64,000 bases of DNA from contig JBDSDR010000023.1 in assembly GCA_039920385.1 (NCBI GenBank), forward strand, positions 6,430-70,429, read 5' to 3'. Of the stretch, positions 28,812-38,128 are shown piece by piece. Under the pieces are notes generated by a model. That model did no database searches. It was given only the letters and a program-made list of their open reading frames with translations, and was not told the origin of the DNA. Origin of the DNA: Candidatus Saccharimonadales bacterium (lineage in GTDB: Bacteria > Patescibacteriota > Saccharimonadia > Saccharimonadales > JAUPVS01). A program made the position numbers and the translations under genes. Each line of letters begins with the position of its first letter. Position 1 is the first letter of the stretch.

Positions 28812-29441
28812 ATGCAGCTCAATCAACCAATTCCTCCTAGCTATCCTGGCGGCAACGAACAATATGACTTCATCCTTAACGGTGGTCAAAAGGCCAAAAA
28901 AAGCCTTGTTCCCAGAGGTGGCTCCCGTAAACAACGCACCATAATAGCTGTTGTTGGGGTTGTGGTGGTACTTTTCCTATTTGGTATCATCTTATCTTTA
29001 GTGCTGTCGAGCGGTAGTGGTTCCAAGCAGTTAATGCTCGATGTAGCCAAAACCCAAACCGAAATCGTTCGGGTCAGTAAGGATGGTAGCTCCAAGGCGC
29101 GAGACTCAGCTACGCAAAGCTTTGTGCAGACTGTAAACATAACGGTATCTAGCGACCTCAATCAAACGACTACCCTGCTGACAAAACAAGGTATAAAAGT
29201 TGACCCTAAGGCTATGGCCCGCGGTGCCAGCAGTGAAACCGATGCTACGTTATCATCGGCCGAACAAGCCGGCCGCTATGACGAGGCAATAACAACAAAT
29301 CTGGAAGCTAGTCTAGCCGCTTACAAAACCCAGATTAGCCAAGCTTTTGCTAAAGTTAGTTCCGCCAGTCAAAAGAAGCTGTTGCAGCAGCTATTCGCTA
29401 ATGTTGAGGCGCTGATTAAGAATCAACCGACCAGTTCGTAA
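28812..29441 (+). CDS. Membrane-anchored hypothetical protein with an N-terminal YDFIL motif
   Basis: MQLNQPIPPSYPGGNEQYDFILNGG..., then a TM helix (IIAVVGVVVVLFLFGIILSLVL) and an extracytoplasmic helical domain. Confidence 0.6.
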   Translation: MQLNQPIPPSYPGGNEQYDFILNGGQKAKKSLVPRGGSRKQRTIIAVVGVVVVLFLFGIILSLVLSSGSGSKQLMLDVAKTQTEIVRVSKDGSSKARDSATQSFVQTVNITVSSDLNQTTTLLTKQGIKVDPKAMARGASSETDATLSSAEQAGRYDEAITTNLEASLAAYKTQISQAFAKVSSASQKKLLQQLFANVEALIKNQPTSS

Positions 29442-29746
29442 GAGTGCCTAATTAGGCCTTCCAGCTCTTCCCAACCAATCTGACCAGTTAATACAATAGT
29501 GTTCCAATGCTTTTTATTAAGGTGATAGCCCGGTAGTACCGTCTCGTACTTGTCGCGCAAGATTACGGCCAGCTGTGGGTCGCACTTTAGACTAAGACGT
29601 AATGGTTGGCTGTTTTCGCTAATCAGCGCAAACATTTTGTCGGCACGCTTATAAACAGCTACCCCTTCTCCAAATGGATAATCGAGCTTGCTGTCCGGCA
29701 GACTAAGTAAATGTTTTTCAAGCTCTTTATGCGTCATCTGCTTCAA
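29423..29746 (-). CDS. MmcQ/YjbR family DNA-binding protein
   Basis: LDYPFGEGVAVYKRADKMFALI...LKCDP...PGYHLNKKHWNTIVL matches the YjbR pattern. Confidence 0.6.
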   Translation of the reverse strand: MKQMTHKELEKHLLSLPDSKLDYPFGEGVAVYKRADKMFALISENSQPLRLSLKCDPQLAVILRDKYETVLPGYHLNKKHWNTIVLTGQIGWEELEGLIRHSYELVG

Positions 29747-30386
29747 TCCTATCGATTACTTCGATAATTGTCGATAACGAATCGAGGATGTAATCGGCTC
29801 CAGCTGCTTCGAGATCTTCTTTGGTTCCAAAACCATGGGTAACTCCAACTGTTGCGGCAACTTTAGCGTTTCTCCCAGCCAGAATATCGTAGCTCATGTC
29901 ACCAATCATAACGGAGTTAAGAGGCTCAACCTGGCACTCGTCTAGCGCCAAACGTATCCCTTCTGGATCCGGTTTAGAGTTGGTAATTCGCCCTGTATGA
30001 ACGATGCTAGTGAACTCCTGTTCGATATCATGACTCTTCAGTACGGCGTGTACATTATGATCACCACCAGTCACTACGGCTAGTTTAATACCGCGATTTT
30101 TTAGAGTATCAAATAACTCCTTGAGACCTGAGAAAGCCATCACCTTGTGGGCATTCTCGGCGACATACCCGGTGCTCATTTTAGATATAATTTCTGGGTC
30201 ATGGTCTGGGAATAATCCGGAGCTGATGTCTCGTACAGACTTACCCATATAAACCATAATTTCATCATGAGTAGGTGGCCTAACACCATGACTTTCGGCG
30301 ACATGCTTATAGGCTTTTAAAACCATCTCTTGAGAATCAATCAGGGTTCCGTCAACGTCAAAAACAACCGCTTTAATCTTGGGCAT
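29727..30386 (-). CDS. HAD-superfamily phosphatase (PGP/PpaX-like)
   Basis: Motif I VVFDVDGTLIDS. Motif III/IV ...MIGDMSYDILAG. Confidence 0.75.
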   Translation of the reverse strand: MPKIKAVVFDVDGTLIDSQEMVLKAYKHVAESHGVRPPTHDEIMVYMGKSVRDISSGLFPDHDPEIISKMSTGYVAENAHKVMAFSGLKELFDTLKNRGIKLAVVTGGDHNVHAVLKSHDIEQEFTSIVHTGRITNSKPDPEGIRLALDECQVEPLNSVMIGDMSYDILAGRNAKVAATVGVTHGFGTKEDLEAAGADYILDSLSTIIEVIDRIEADDA

Positions 30387-30942
30387 GGTCTTTGAACCAG
30401 TCTATGTAGTGCTGTTGTTCGGCAATACTAGCCTGGATGTCTTCAAAAGCCCGGTGAACTTCGGGTTTTTCAAAGTTAACACCGTATTTGGCTTGCATAA
30501 TCATTTTCCAACTGGTGACATCAAGCATTCTGTAATGCAGTTTAAGATCGAAGGCCGGCATCCATTGTTTGATAAAATTGCGGTCATTATGAATTGAGTT
30601 CCCCGCCAATACAGCCGGCTCATTGCCAAAATGCTGTTCAATCAATGCTACAATTTCTTGTTCAACCTGCCCCATGGGCTTTCCCTCGTCGAGCTTCTGA
30701 ACAAATTCATCACGATTCTCTGGGTAATCCTTCCACCAAATGTTGGCCTGCATCCGCTTTACGACAATGTCGCGTGGTTGCTTAATGCGGGCTTCGTAGC
30801 TGGCAAGGGTCTTAAAATCAAAGTCGGTAATTTCGGCAGCGATTTCTAGAATAACGTCTTGACCAACATCTAAGCCAGTCATTTCTAAATCTACCCAGAG
30901 CAGTCTTGTCGGAATAAAGTTTTTTGCGCTCATAGGCGTCAT
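30373..30942 (-). CDS. orn: Oligoribonuclease
   Basis: LLWVDLEMTGLD, GNSIHNDRNFI, HYRMLDVTS and HRAFEDIQASI align with DEDDh Orn motifs. Confidence 0.88.
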   Translation of the reverse strand: MTPMSAKNFIPTRLLWVDLEMTGLDVGQDVILEIAAEITDFDFKTLASYEARIKQPRDIVVKRMQANIWWKDYPENRDEFVQKLDEGKPMGQVEQEIVALIEQHFGNEPAVLAGNSIHNDRNFIKQWMPAFDLKLHYRMLDVTSWKMIMQAKYGVNFEKPEVHRAFEDIQASIAEQQHYIDWFKDHAQD

Positions 30943-31005
30943 TATAACAGAGAAGCTTATTAAGAAGAGGTTCGGGAGTAAACATTGGCCAGATGGCGAA
31001 TCAAA

Positions 31006-31401
31006 TTACTTAGATTTATTAAAATCTAGAGCAACTGAGTTAATGCAGTAGTGCTTGCCGTTCGGCGAGGTGTCATCGGGGAATAAGTGGCCAAGATGAC
31101 TGCCGCAGTTGGCACAAGTCACTTCGACGCGGTGCATTCCCATAGAGTCGTCATCCTTAAGTACTAGCGCCTTACTGCTGGCCGCCTCGGCAAAACTTGG
31201 CCAGCCAATTAGGCCAGGCGTAGTTGATTCGTATTTGGCATCACTTTTAAATAACTCGACCCCGCAGGCTGCACAACTATACATACCGGCTTCGTCGTAA
31301 TCCAAGTATTTACCGCTCCCGGGCGCTTCGGTCCCCTTCTGGCGCAGCACTCGGTACTGTTCGTCGGTTAGCTTATTCTTCCAGTCTTTATCATCAGTCA
31401 T
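31006..31401 (-). CDS. msrB: Peptide-methionine (R)-S-oxide reductase MsrB
   Basis: Two CxxC pairs (CAACG, CANCG) and the catalytic region GSHLGHLF...HYCINS. Confidence 0.92.
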   Translation of the reverse strand: MTDDKDWKNKLTDEQYRVLRQKGTEAPGSGKYLDYDEAGMYSCAACGVELFKSDAKYESTTPGLIGWPSFAEAASSKALVLKDDDSMGMHRVEVTCANCGSHLGHLFPDDTSPNGKHYCINSVALDFNKSK

Positions 31402-31403
31402 AA

Positions 31404-31814
31404 CTACTGCTTCTTTTTATCGAGCTTGTCGAGCTTTAAGCCATGGACGACGTAGTAGACAATCGCCGCTACAATCATAAAACTAATCACTTGGGTCAAA
31501 AATGCGCCATACAAAAAGACGGCTTTTTTGGATCCAACATTAATCGTTAGGGTTTTTAGGGCTAAGTTACCGTTTCCTGGTAACAGCAAGCCAAGAAGCG
31601 GGTTCACAAATGAGACTACAAAGGAATCAACCAAGGTTTTAATTTGCGCACCCAGAACAATACCAACCGCCAAACCAACTACGCCTTGTTCGCGGACAAA
31701 GTCGACAAAGCCCTGCAACGGAGTTAAGACCTTAGGGACCTTTACCTTCGGTAAATCATCCTTCTGTTCTTCGTGAACACCAGCCGCCTTTTTGGGAATC
31801 TTAATTTCTGCCAT
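31404..31814 (-). CDS. mscL: Large-conductance mechanosensitive channel
   Basis: FVDFVREQGVVGLAVGIVLGAQ is an MscL TM1 signature. A second TM helix is followed by a K-rich C-terminus. Confidence 0.88.
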   Translation of the reverse strand: MAEIKIPKKAAGVHEEQKDDLPKVKVPKVLTPLQGFVDFVREQGVVGLAVGIVLGAQIKTLVDSFVVSFVNPLLGLLLPGNGNLALKTLTINVGSKKAVFLYGAFLTQVISFMIVAAIVYYVVHGLKLDKLDKKKQ

Positions 31815-31884
31815 CAGTATCGCCTTCTTTCTGAAGCTTATTTTACTGACTTAACCTCTTAAAGCCAAGCCCCAGCAACTTTGC

Positions 31885-33552
31885 TTAAATCTTGTCTGGT
31901 GCTGGAATATTAAGTAGCTCCAGACCGCTTTTGAGGGTGGCAGCATACTTGCTCACCAATGTTAAACGTAAGTCTTGTCGATCGTCGCCAATCACTCGAT
32001 TATTCTCGTAAAAGCGATTAAAAACTTGGGCTAGTTCATACAAGTAAGTCGTAATTAGATGAGGGGCTAGATCACTAACTGCTTGCTCGACAACTGAGTT
32101 ATGTTCGCTTAGCTTACGTACCAAGCTACGTTCGCCATCAGTGAACTCGGGGTTCTGCAAGTCACTTAAGGCGACGGCCTTTTTGAGAATTGATTGGGCT
32201 CTGGCTTGAGCATACTGCAAATAAGGGCCGCTGTTACCTTGTAAACTAACCGATTCATGAACATCAAAAGCGATATCACCACCCAACCGCTGCTTTAGAA
32301 AAGCATACTTAATGGCTCCTAGGCTAATTTGGCGTCGTAAGGCTGGATTATCGGCTTCTACTGCCTTCTGGACGACCTCAATAACTTCGGCAGCCCGGGT
32401 AACGTTGCCTAGCCGTGAACTCATCTTCTGACCATCGCCAAATCGAACCGTACCATTAGTTATGTGCATCTGTTTTGCAGCTAAAGCTTCGTCAAACTGC
32501 ATGAGCGCTGCAAACACCACTCTCATGTATTCAGACTGATCGTTACCGGTCATTACCACCCGTTTGGTGTAATCAAAATCAGTATTTTCGGAAGCAATCA
32601 CGCCCAAATCTTTTGTTTCATAAGTCGGCAAGCCGGCTGATGTTATAAACACCCTAGTATGAACACCGTATTCTTCGCCCTTAAAAACAACCGCACCCTG
32701 GCTTTCTGTAAAAACACTGCCTAAGTTGGCCTTAACTAGGGCCAAACCGGCCTCGGTGGTAGTGCTCTCAGGGTAAAATTTATCAAATGGGGCGACCTCA
32801 AGATCCTCATAAAATCGCTTGAAATAGCTATAGCTCCAATCGCGGCACTGCCAATAAATCTGAGCTAACGGGCTTTCATGATCATCGTTAGTATGAAAAC
32901 CGTAAACCGCCTGATTAAGTTGTTTAATCTCGGCGGCGGCTGTTGAGCCTTCTTGGTCAGCCTTTGCGCCGGCCACGTAGGCTTGGCTAATCCAGGCGGC
33001 CTGATCTTCGGGGCTAACAGTAGTTAATTTAGTCAGCTCTGGGCCACCCAGCTTCTGCAATATACCCCACATGCAGCGAGCCACATGCAGCCCAACATCA
33101 CCACCAAAGTTAGCTCGGTAGACTTCGGCACCGCTCGCTTCGAGCAAACGGCCAATACTATCGCCCACAATCGTCTGGTACAAGTGACCAGTGTGGAGTT
33201 CTTTAAAGGCGTTAGGATTAGAATACTCTAGAAGCACTTTTTGGCCAGTCATAGATTTTTTAAACTTCGCGCTGGCGGTTTGCCACAAGGTGACATCATT
33301 AAACGAAAAATTAAGAAAGCCCGGACCAGCAATCTCTATCTTAGCGATTGAACTATCTTTATTGGCATCTAGGTAATCTTTGAGTTGCTCGGCGACTTGG
33401 CGGGGTGGCTGGCCGAGTTCTTTGGCCAACTGCAAAGCGACATTGCTAGCAAAATCACCAAACTGTTCGCCTGGTCGGCTTAACTGAGGCTGGACACTAA
33501 TCGAAAATAATTGGTCGCAAGCGGTTACCAGCAGTTCTTCGAGATAAGTCAT
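31885..33552 (-). CDS. argS: Arginine--tRNA ligase
   Basis: 555 aa. NPNAFKELHTGHL is a class I HIGH variant. Also has an ArgRS anticodon-binding C-terminus. Confidence 0.93.
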   Translation of the reverse strand: MTYLEELLVTACDQLFSISVQPQLSRPGEQFGDFASNVALQLAKELGQPPRQVAEQLKDYLDANKDSSIAKIEIAGPGFLNFSFNDVTLWQTASAKFKKSMTGQKVLLEYSNPNAFKELHTGHLYQTIVGDSIGRLLEASGAEVYRANFGGDVGLHVARCMWGILQKLGGPELTKLTTVSPEDQAAWISQAYVAGAKADQEGSTAAAEIKQLNQAVYGFHTNDDHESPLAQIYWQCRDWSYSYFKRFYEDLEVAPFDKFYPESTTTEAGLALVKANLGSVFTESQGAVVFKGEEYGVHTRVFITSAGLPTYETKDLGVIASENTDFDYTKRVVMTGNDQSEYMRVVFAALMQFDEALAAKQMHITNGTVRFGDGQKMSSRLGNVTRAAEVIEVVQKAVEADNPALRRQISLGAIKYAFLKQRLGGDIAFDVHESVSLQGNSGPYLQYAQARAQSILKKAVALSDLQNPEFTDGERSLVRKLSEHNSVVEQAVSDLAPHLITTYLYELAQVFNRFYENNRVIGDDRQDLRLTLVSKYAATLKSGLELLNIPAPDKI

Positions 33553-33582
33553 ATGGGCTAGTATAACAGATTAGGAAAGAAG

Positions 33583-34269
33583 TTATTCGGGTAAGTCTTT
33601 GGCCAACTGAACCAGTTTATAACTGACTGCGTAAATGCTTGATAGCAATACAAAGAACATAAGTGTAGTCGTAAATACCTGGGGGTGGCTACCCGGGTTA
33701 ACGAAGGGTTCGGATACATCAAAAATTAGACCAGCTGGGTTAAGCAAAATATCCCAACTGTTCCAGCGCAAATACCTCCCTAGGTAAATAGCGAAGCTAC
33801 AAAGAAATAGGACAACATATGCCACGATAAAGGCCGGCTGAGGTCCGTAGCGTTTTTTTAGCTGGCGTTGCAAGCTATACAAACTGACATACCCGAGAAC
33901 GAAACCGTTAAAGGTGAATGAGAGGAACATGACAACGTCGTAAAGCACGCTAATGTTACCGGTGTTCTTAAGATGAATAATGTCGCTCGCAATGTAAAAG
34001 GCGTTAGGTAAGAATCCGAGCCACAGTAAAGTTAGCAGAATATTACCAGGTTGTGCCCAGCGCCGGGTCTTTAAGCGATGAATTAACCACCAGCTAAAGC
34101 CCAGTGGCAACCAACCCAAAAGTAAGTTCCAAGCCAAGAACCAATAGGTAAACTTGCCGGTAGCGACCATTCTGGCCAACAGGAAAGCTATACTTACCAA
34201 ACTGGAAACGGCCAGTGTCTTTAGCAGGATTGTAGATGATTGCTTAGTTTTAGAGGTCCTCATAATCAA
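33583..34269 (-). CDS. Polytopic membrane protein, DUF1361-like
   Basis: Six or more hydrophobic helices. FLAWNLLLGWLPLGFSW resembles the DUF1361 signature. Confidence 0.5.
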   Translation of the reverse strand: MIMRTSKTKQSSTILLKTLAVSSLVSIAFLLARMVATGKFTYWFLAWNLLLGWLPLGFSWWLIHRLKTRRWAQPGNILLTLLWLGFLPNAFYIASDIIHLKNTGNISVLYDVVMFLSFTFNGFVLGYVSLYSLQRQLKKRYGPQPAFIVAYVVLFLCSFAIYLGRYLRWNSWDILLNPAGLIFDVSEPFVNPGSHPQVFTTTLMFFVLLSSIYAVSYKLVQLAKDLPE

Positions 34270-34300
34270 TCATTATAGCAAGTGGGTTATAATAAACCCG

Positions 34301-34939
34301 ATGGAACGCTTTTTAGAATCTTGCCGCCAAACTGTGCGACGCGCTATTCGTAGTATCGCCAGGCCCCTCAATAGACTAACCGGCGGCAAACTATCGCCGA
34401 CGATGATCACTTTCTTCGGCTTTGCCATGCACATTCCAATTGCGCTTTTAATCGCTCGTGGCTATTTTATTTACGCAGCCTTGCTTTTAGTGTTCTTCGG
34501 TCTGTTCGATACCCTGGATGGAGAGTTAGCCCGGATACAGGGCAGTTCTAGTAAAGCCGGTATGTTGCTCGACTCCGTTACTGACAAGATGAAAGAAGCA
34601 ATTCTGTTTATTGGAGTTGCCTACTTCTTTGTTTGGGCTGGGCGACCCTACATGGCAGTCTGGGCAGTTGTTGCTTGCGGTGCCGGACTTTTGGTTAGCT
34701 ATGTTAACGCCTGGGGCGAGGTCGTAACTAAAGACATCAAAGATGACAAACACCAAAGCAACAAAACCTTCCGTAACGGCATCATGACCTTCGATATCCG
34801 CATGCTGGTCATCGTTGTTGGCCTGCTCGCCAACCAGCTTGCTATCGCTGTTATCTTTATTGCTATCATGGCTTGGATTACCGCCCTACAACGGCTACGC
34901 AATATTATTCAAAAGCTCGACCGTCATGCCCAAAATTGA
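34301..34939 (+). CDS. CDP-alcohol phosphatidyltransferase family protein
   Basis: DTLDGELAR...(G)...D motif region in a polytopic protein. I place the start at ATG 34301 (MERFLES...), because the track start 34154 overlaps the convergent upstream gene. Confidence 0.8.
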   Translation: MERFLESCRQTVRRAIRSIARPLNRLTGGKLSPTMITFFGFAMHIPIALLIARGYFIYAALLLVFFGLFDTLDGELARIQGSSSKAGMLLDSVTDKMKEAILFIGVAYFFVWAGRPYMAVWAVVACGAGLLVSYVNAWGEVVTKDIKDDKHQSNKTFRNGIMTFDIRMLVIVVGLLANQLAIAVIFIAIMAWITALQRLRNIIQKLDRHAQN

Positions 34940-35579
34940 TCTTCACACCCATTCCTCTGCTTCGCCCGATGGTGGCATTACAGCCAAGCAATACAAAAAA
35001 ATACTCGACTCCGGCAAACTAGACTATATTGCCGTAACCGACCATAACCGAGTCGACTTCGCAATTCAATTAAAAAATGAGTTGGGTGACAAGATTATTG
35101 TTGGCGAAGAGGTCATGACTAAAGATGGTGAGCTAATTGGACTCTTCCTAACAAAACTAGTTAAGCCAAATATGACGGCCGCCCAGACAACCAAAGCAAT
35201 CCATGATCAAGGCGGCCTAGTTTACCTTCCCCACCCCTTCGAAACTTCTCGAAAGGGCCTGCAAAAGGCCACTTTAGATACCATCGCCAGCGAAATCGAT
35301 ATCGTCGAAGCCTATAACGGCCGAGCCATAATCCAAAACCGAACCAGTCTGGCTTTAGCTTGGGCCCGGGAAAATGGCAAACCAATTTTTGCCAGCAGCG
35401 ACGCTCATGGCAAACCAGGGATTGGTCATACTTACACAACGAGCACGAAAATTTTTAACTCAAGCAACTTTTCGGCTGTTCTGGCTGAGGCTCATATTGT
35501 GGCGGCTCGTCCACCAGTTTTAAGCCTAGCTTACCCTAAATATCACCGCTTTCGTCAAAAATTACGGAGAGAAAAGTGA
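34926..35579 (+). CDS. PHP-domain metal-dependent phosphoesterase
   Basis: MPKIDLHTHSSASPDG (PHP motif I), ...AVTDHN..., ...SSDAHG. The start at ATG 34926 overlaps the upstream stop by 14 nt. Confidence 0.8.
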   Translation: MPKIDLHTHSSASPDGGITAKQYKKILDSGKLDYIAVTDHNRVDFAIQLKNELGDKIIVGEEVMTKDGELIGLFLTKLVKPNMTAAQTTKAIHDQGGLVYLPHPFETSRKGLQKATLDTIASEIDIVEAYNGRAIIQNRTSLALAWARENGKPIFASSDAHGKPGIGHTYTTSTKIFNSSNFSAVLAEAHIVAARPPVLSLAYPKYHRFRQKLRREK

Positions 35580-36094
35580 GCTGGTGGATAGCCTTAGTCT
35601 TCTTTTTACCGGCTGGAGTTGCTAATGCCACCCCAGTGGTTGCTAACAAAATTCCATTATTAAATAAGTGGCAAACTCCTCTAGATTTTGGAATTTCCTT
35701 GCGTGGCAAGCGCCTGCTTGGCAAAAACAAGTCTTGGCGAGGACTGCTAACTGGTAGCGTTTTTGCTGGTGTCACCGCCTTGCTTCTTTCACCAATTGTC
35801 CACTACAGCGACAATTGGCTGGCAACTTTTGGGGTTGGTTTTGTACTTGGTTTTGGCGCCCTATTTGGTGATGCCCTTGAGAGTATTATCAAACGTCAGC
35901 ATGGTATCGAGGCCGGCCACAGCTGGTTCCCTTTTGACCAGATAGATTACATTATTGGCGGTTTACTGTTTGTAGCGCCCTTTAGCGACCTAACCTGGCA
36001 ATTAATGGCACTAATTATGGTGGCCTTCTTTGGTCTACATCTAGTTTTTGCCTACATCGCCTTTAAGCTTGGGCTCAAAAGCAAACCAATTTAA
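35576..36094 (+). CDS. CarS-like (DUF46, CDP-archaeol synthase family) CTP-dependent cytidylyltransferase
   Basis: LPAGVANATPVV...PLDFG...GKRLLGKNKSWRG...GALFGDALESIIKRQHGIEAG...FDQIDY aligns by eye with archaeal CarS motifs. 4-nt overlap with the PHP gene. Confidence 0.75.
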   Translation: MSWWIALVFFLPAGVANATPVVANKIPLLNKWQTPLDFGISLRGKRLLGKNKSWRGLLTGSVFAGVTALLLSPIVHYSDNWLATFGVGFVLGFGALFGDALESIIKRQHGIEAGHSWFPFDQIDYIIGGLLFVAPFSDLTWQLMALIMVAFFGLHLVFAYIAFKLGLKSKPI

Positions 36095-36531
36095 GTTTCA
36101 GCGCGTTCTTTTTTGCGCTGATCGGGGGTTTCATCGGGGCGAGCATAATCGTCATCAAGCCGCCAAGTTGTCCCCTTCTCAGGTGTTGAGACTTCGATAA
36201 TGTCACAATCGGTAACACCGACAAGTCGGTGCTTCTGACCAAGTTGTGTGCTATAGCCATTGCCGGGTAGTAGTTCGGTTTCAACCAGCTTGCCTTGATT
36301 ATCTTCCCAGATGACTAATGCCTTACCGTTTGCGATAAACCAGCTCTCCTGCTTAGCATCATGGACTTGCAGGCTTAAACGGGCTCCTTTGTTGATGTGT
36401 AGCAATTTGCCCATGTAGGGCGCGCTGTCTGGCACCCAATGAACTTCGTAACCCCAGGGTTTAGTGATTTTCTTGGCATAAGCATCGTTGTTGAAGTTCT
36501 TCGGGTCATAATTTGGGGATTGGTCAGCCAT
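36091..36531 (-). CDS. Cupin-domain protein, type II mannose-6-phosphate isomerase-like
   Basis: WGYEVHW...LHINKGARLSLQVHDAKQESWFIANGKA is a cupin metal motif of PMI type. Confidence 0.7.
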   Translation of the reverse strand: MADQSPNYDPKNFNNDAYAKKITKPWGYEVHWVPDSAPYMGKLLHINKGARLSLQVHDAKQESWFIANGKALVIWEDNQGKLVETELLPGNGYSTQLGQKHRLVGVTDCDIIEVSTPEKGTTWRLDDDYARPDETPDQRKKERAET

Positions 36532-37566
36532 CTACTCCTCCAGAGCCTTCTTGAACTTCTCAACCAGATCAACTGGCGCCGGATTTATGCCATTGAGCAG
36601 CGCTAGATAAATCGTCACGAAGTCTCCAAAGACCGATGCCCACAACAACTGTTCCAGCAAGGTAGTCCCCTCGACATCCACAATATGGGGCTCAGGGCGT
36701 AAACCAGACAGCAATCGAGCGCTCACCTCAAAACGCTTTTGCACACGGGGGTGTTCTAACGAACTTCGCAAATCAATAACAGCGTAAGGCTTATCGATGG
36801 GCTGCTTACTCCAGCCAATGAATTCATTGTGGTTAAACTCGGGGTATTGGTTAACCCAAGCAATCTGTTTAGCGTTTTCGTTGACACTAATTTTCCACTT
36901 ATAAGCGGCTGGTGACAGCTTTGGGCCACTGTAAATTACCACCGACTTACCCATCAGTTCTTGGGCCAACTGTTTGGCCGGGTTACTAGAAGTTGGTACT
37001 TCACCCAGCCAAGCCTTAGTCGCCTCAGAAATAAAGGTGGCGGCTTTTTGTAGCTCCGTAAATATATCGGATTGACCAATTACCGAAGCCTTGGCTAACA
37101 CGTGAAGGAGCGCCACATAATTAGACAACACCGCATAGCGTGGCTGAACAGTTTTAGGCAACAGTAATAAACTGTAGCTATTGGCTTCGGCTGCCTCTTT
37201 TAGCTTGCCGCCACCACAAATAACCGCGATTTGGGCTTGTTTTTCGCGACCTTGGCGCAGAGCTTCTAGGGTCTCTTCGGTATTGCCAGAGTAACTGGCG
37301 CAAATTAGTAAAGTTTTTGGTCCCACATATGATGGCAGATCGTAATTACGAACAATCGTAAACGGCACTGTAATATCGGGAAAACTTTGGGCCACTAAGG
37401 CCGCCAGAGCTGAGCCACCCATCCCAGCGTAAACGATATTTTCAACTTCATTAAAGCTAACATTCGCTAAATTAAAATCCTGAATTAACTGCTGTGATTG
37501 CTTCCCCACCATACCAAGAGCATCATCGACGTCACGTTCGTGAATATAAGCTAAATCATCGAGCAT
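36532..37566 (-). CDS. Bifunctional phosphoglucose/phosphomannose isomerase (SIS domains)
   Basis: 344 aa. GMGGSALAA and ICASYSGNTEET are SIS motifs. Layout resembles archaeal and CPR PGI/PMI. Confidence 0.8.
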   Translation of the reverse strand: MLDDLAYIHERDVDDALGMVGKQSQQLIQDFNLANVSFNEVENIVYAGMGGSALAALVAQSFPDITVPFTIVRNYDLPSYVGPKTLLICASYSGNTEETLEALRQGREKQAQIAVICGGGKLKEAAEANSYSLLLLPKTVQPRYAVLSNYVALLHVLAKASVIGQSDIFTELQKAATFISEATKAWLGEVPTSSNPAKQLAQELMGKSVVIYSGPKLSPAAYKWKISVNENAKQIAWVNQYPEFNHNEFIGWSKQPIDKPYAVIDLRSSLEHPRVQKRFEVSARLLSGLRPEPHIVDVEGTTLLEQLLWASVFGDFVTIYLALLNGINPAPVDLVEKFKKALEE

Positions 37567-37653
37567 AGAACCTCCCTTATTGCTCTTTTAGTATACGTTA
37601 TTGCTATGGTATAGTGCTTATAGTTTATTAGTACTAATTACTTGGGGGTGGGA

Positions 37654-38127
37654 ATGTTTGGTCACGATGATGAAGATGATAAAAAAGATGACGCAGCCGT
37701 AGTTGCGCCAACCACAGACACCACTACCGACGATTCAGTAGCAGCCACTTCGTCTGATAGTGACATAACTGATGTCACCGAGACTACCAGTACGCCAGCT
37801 GACGTCACCGAAACACCTCAGCCTTTGGCCGCCAACGAACCTTCGCCAAATACCAGCGACGAACCAGCCAGCTCCGACTCCGCAGCCGATAGCGGGTTAC
37901 TAGACCTAAAGAAACAGGCTCTCGAGGAACTGTCGCCTCTAGTTGGGCATCTCGATCAAACCCCCCTCGAAAAATTTCGAACAATTATGATGCTTATCCA
38001 GGCAACGGATAGTTCAAATCTAATTAAAAGCGCTCACGACGCCGCCAAAGAAATTACTGACGAAAAAGAACGTGCTCAAGCACTACTTGATATCGTCAAC
38101 GAAATTAACTACTTCACCCAAAAATAA
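37654..38127 (+). CDS. Acidic hypothetical protein
   Basis: D/E/T/S-rich N-terminal half and a helical C-terminal half. I chose ATG 37654, preceded by GGGGGTGGGA. The track start is TTG 37642. Confidence 0.5.
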   Translation: MFGHDDEDDKKDDAAVVAPTTDTTTDDSVAATSSDSDITDVTETTSTPADVTETPQPLAANEPSPNTSDEPASSDSAADSGLLDLKKQALEELSPLVGHLDQTPLEKFRTIMMLIQATDSSNLIKSAHDAAKEITDEKERAQALLDIVNEINYFTQK

Positions 38128-38128
38128 G

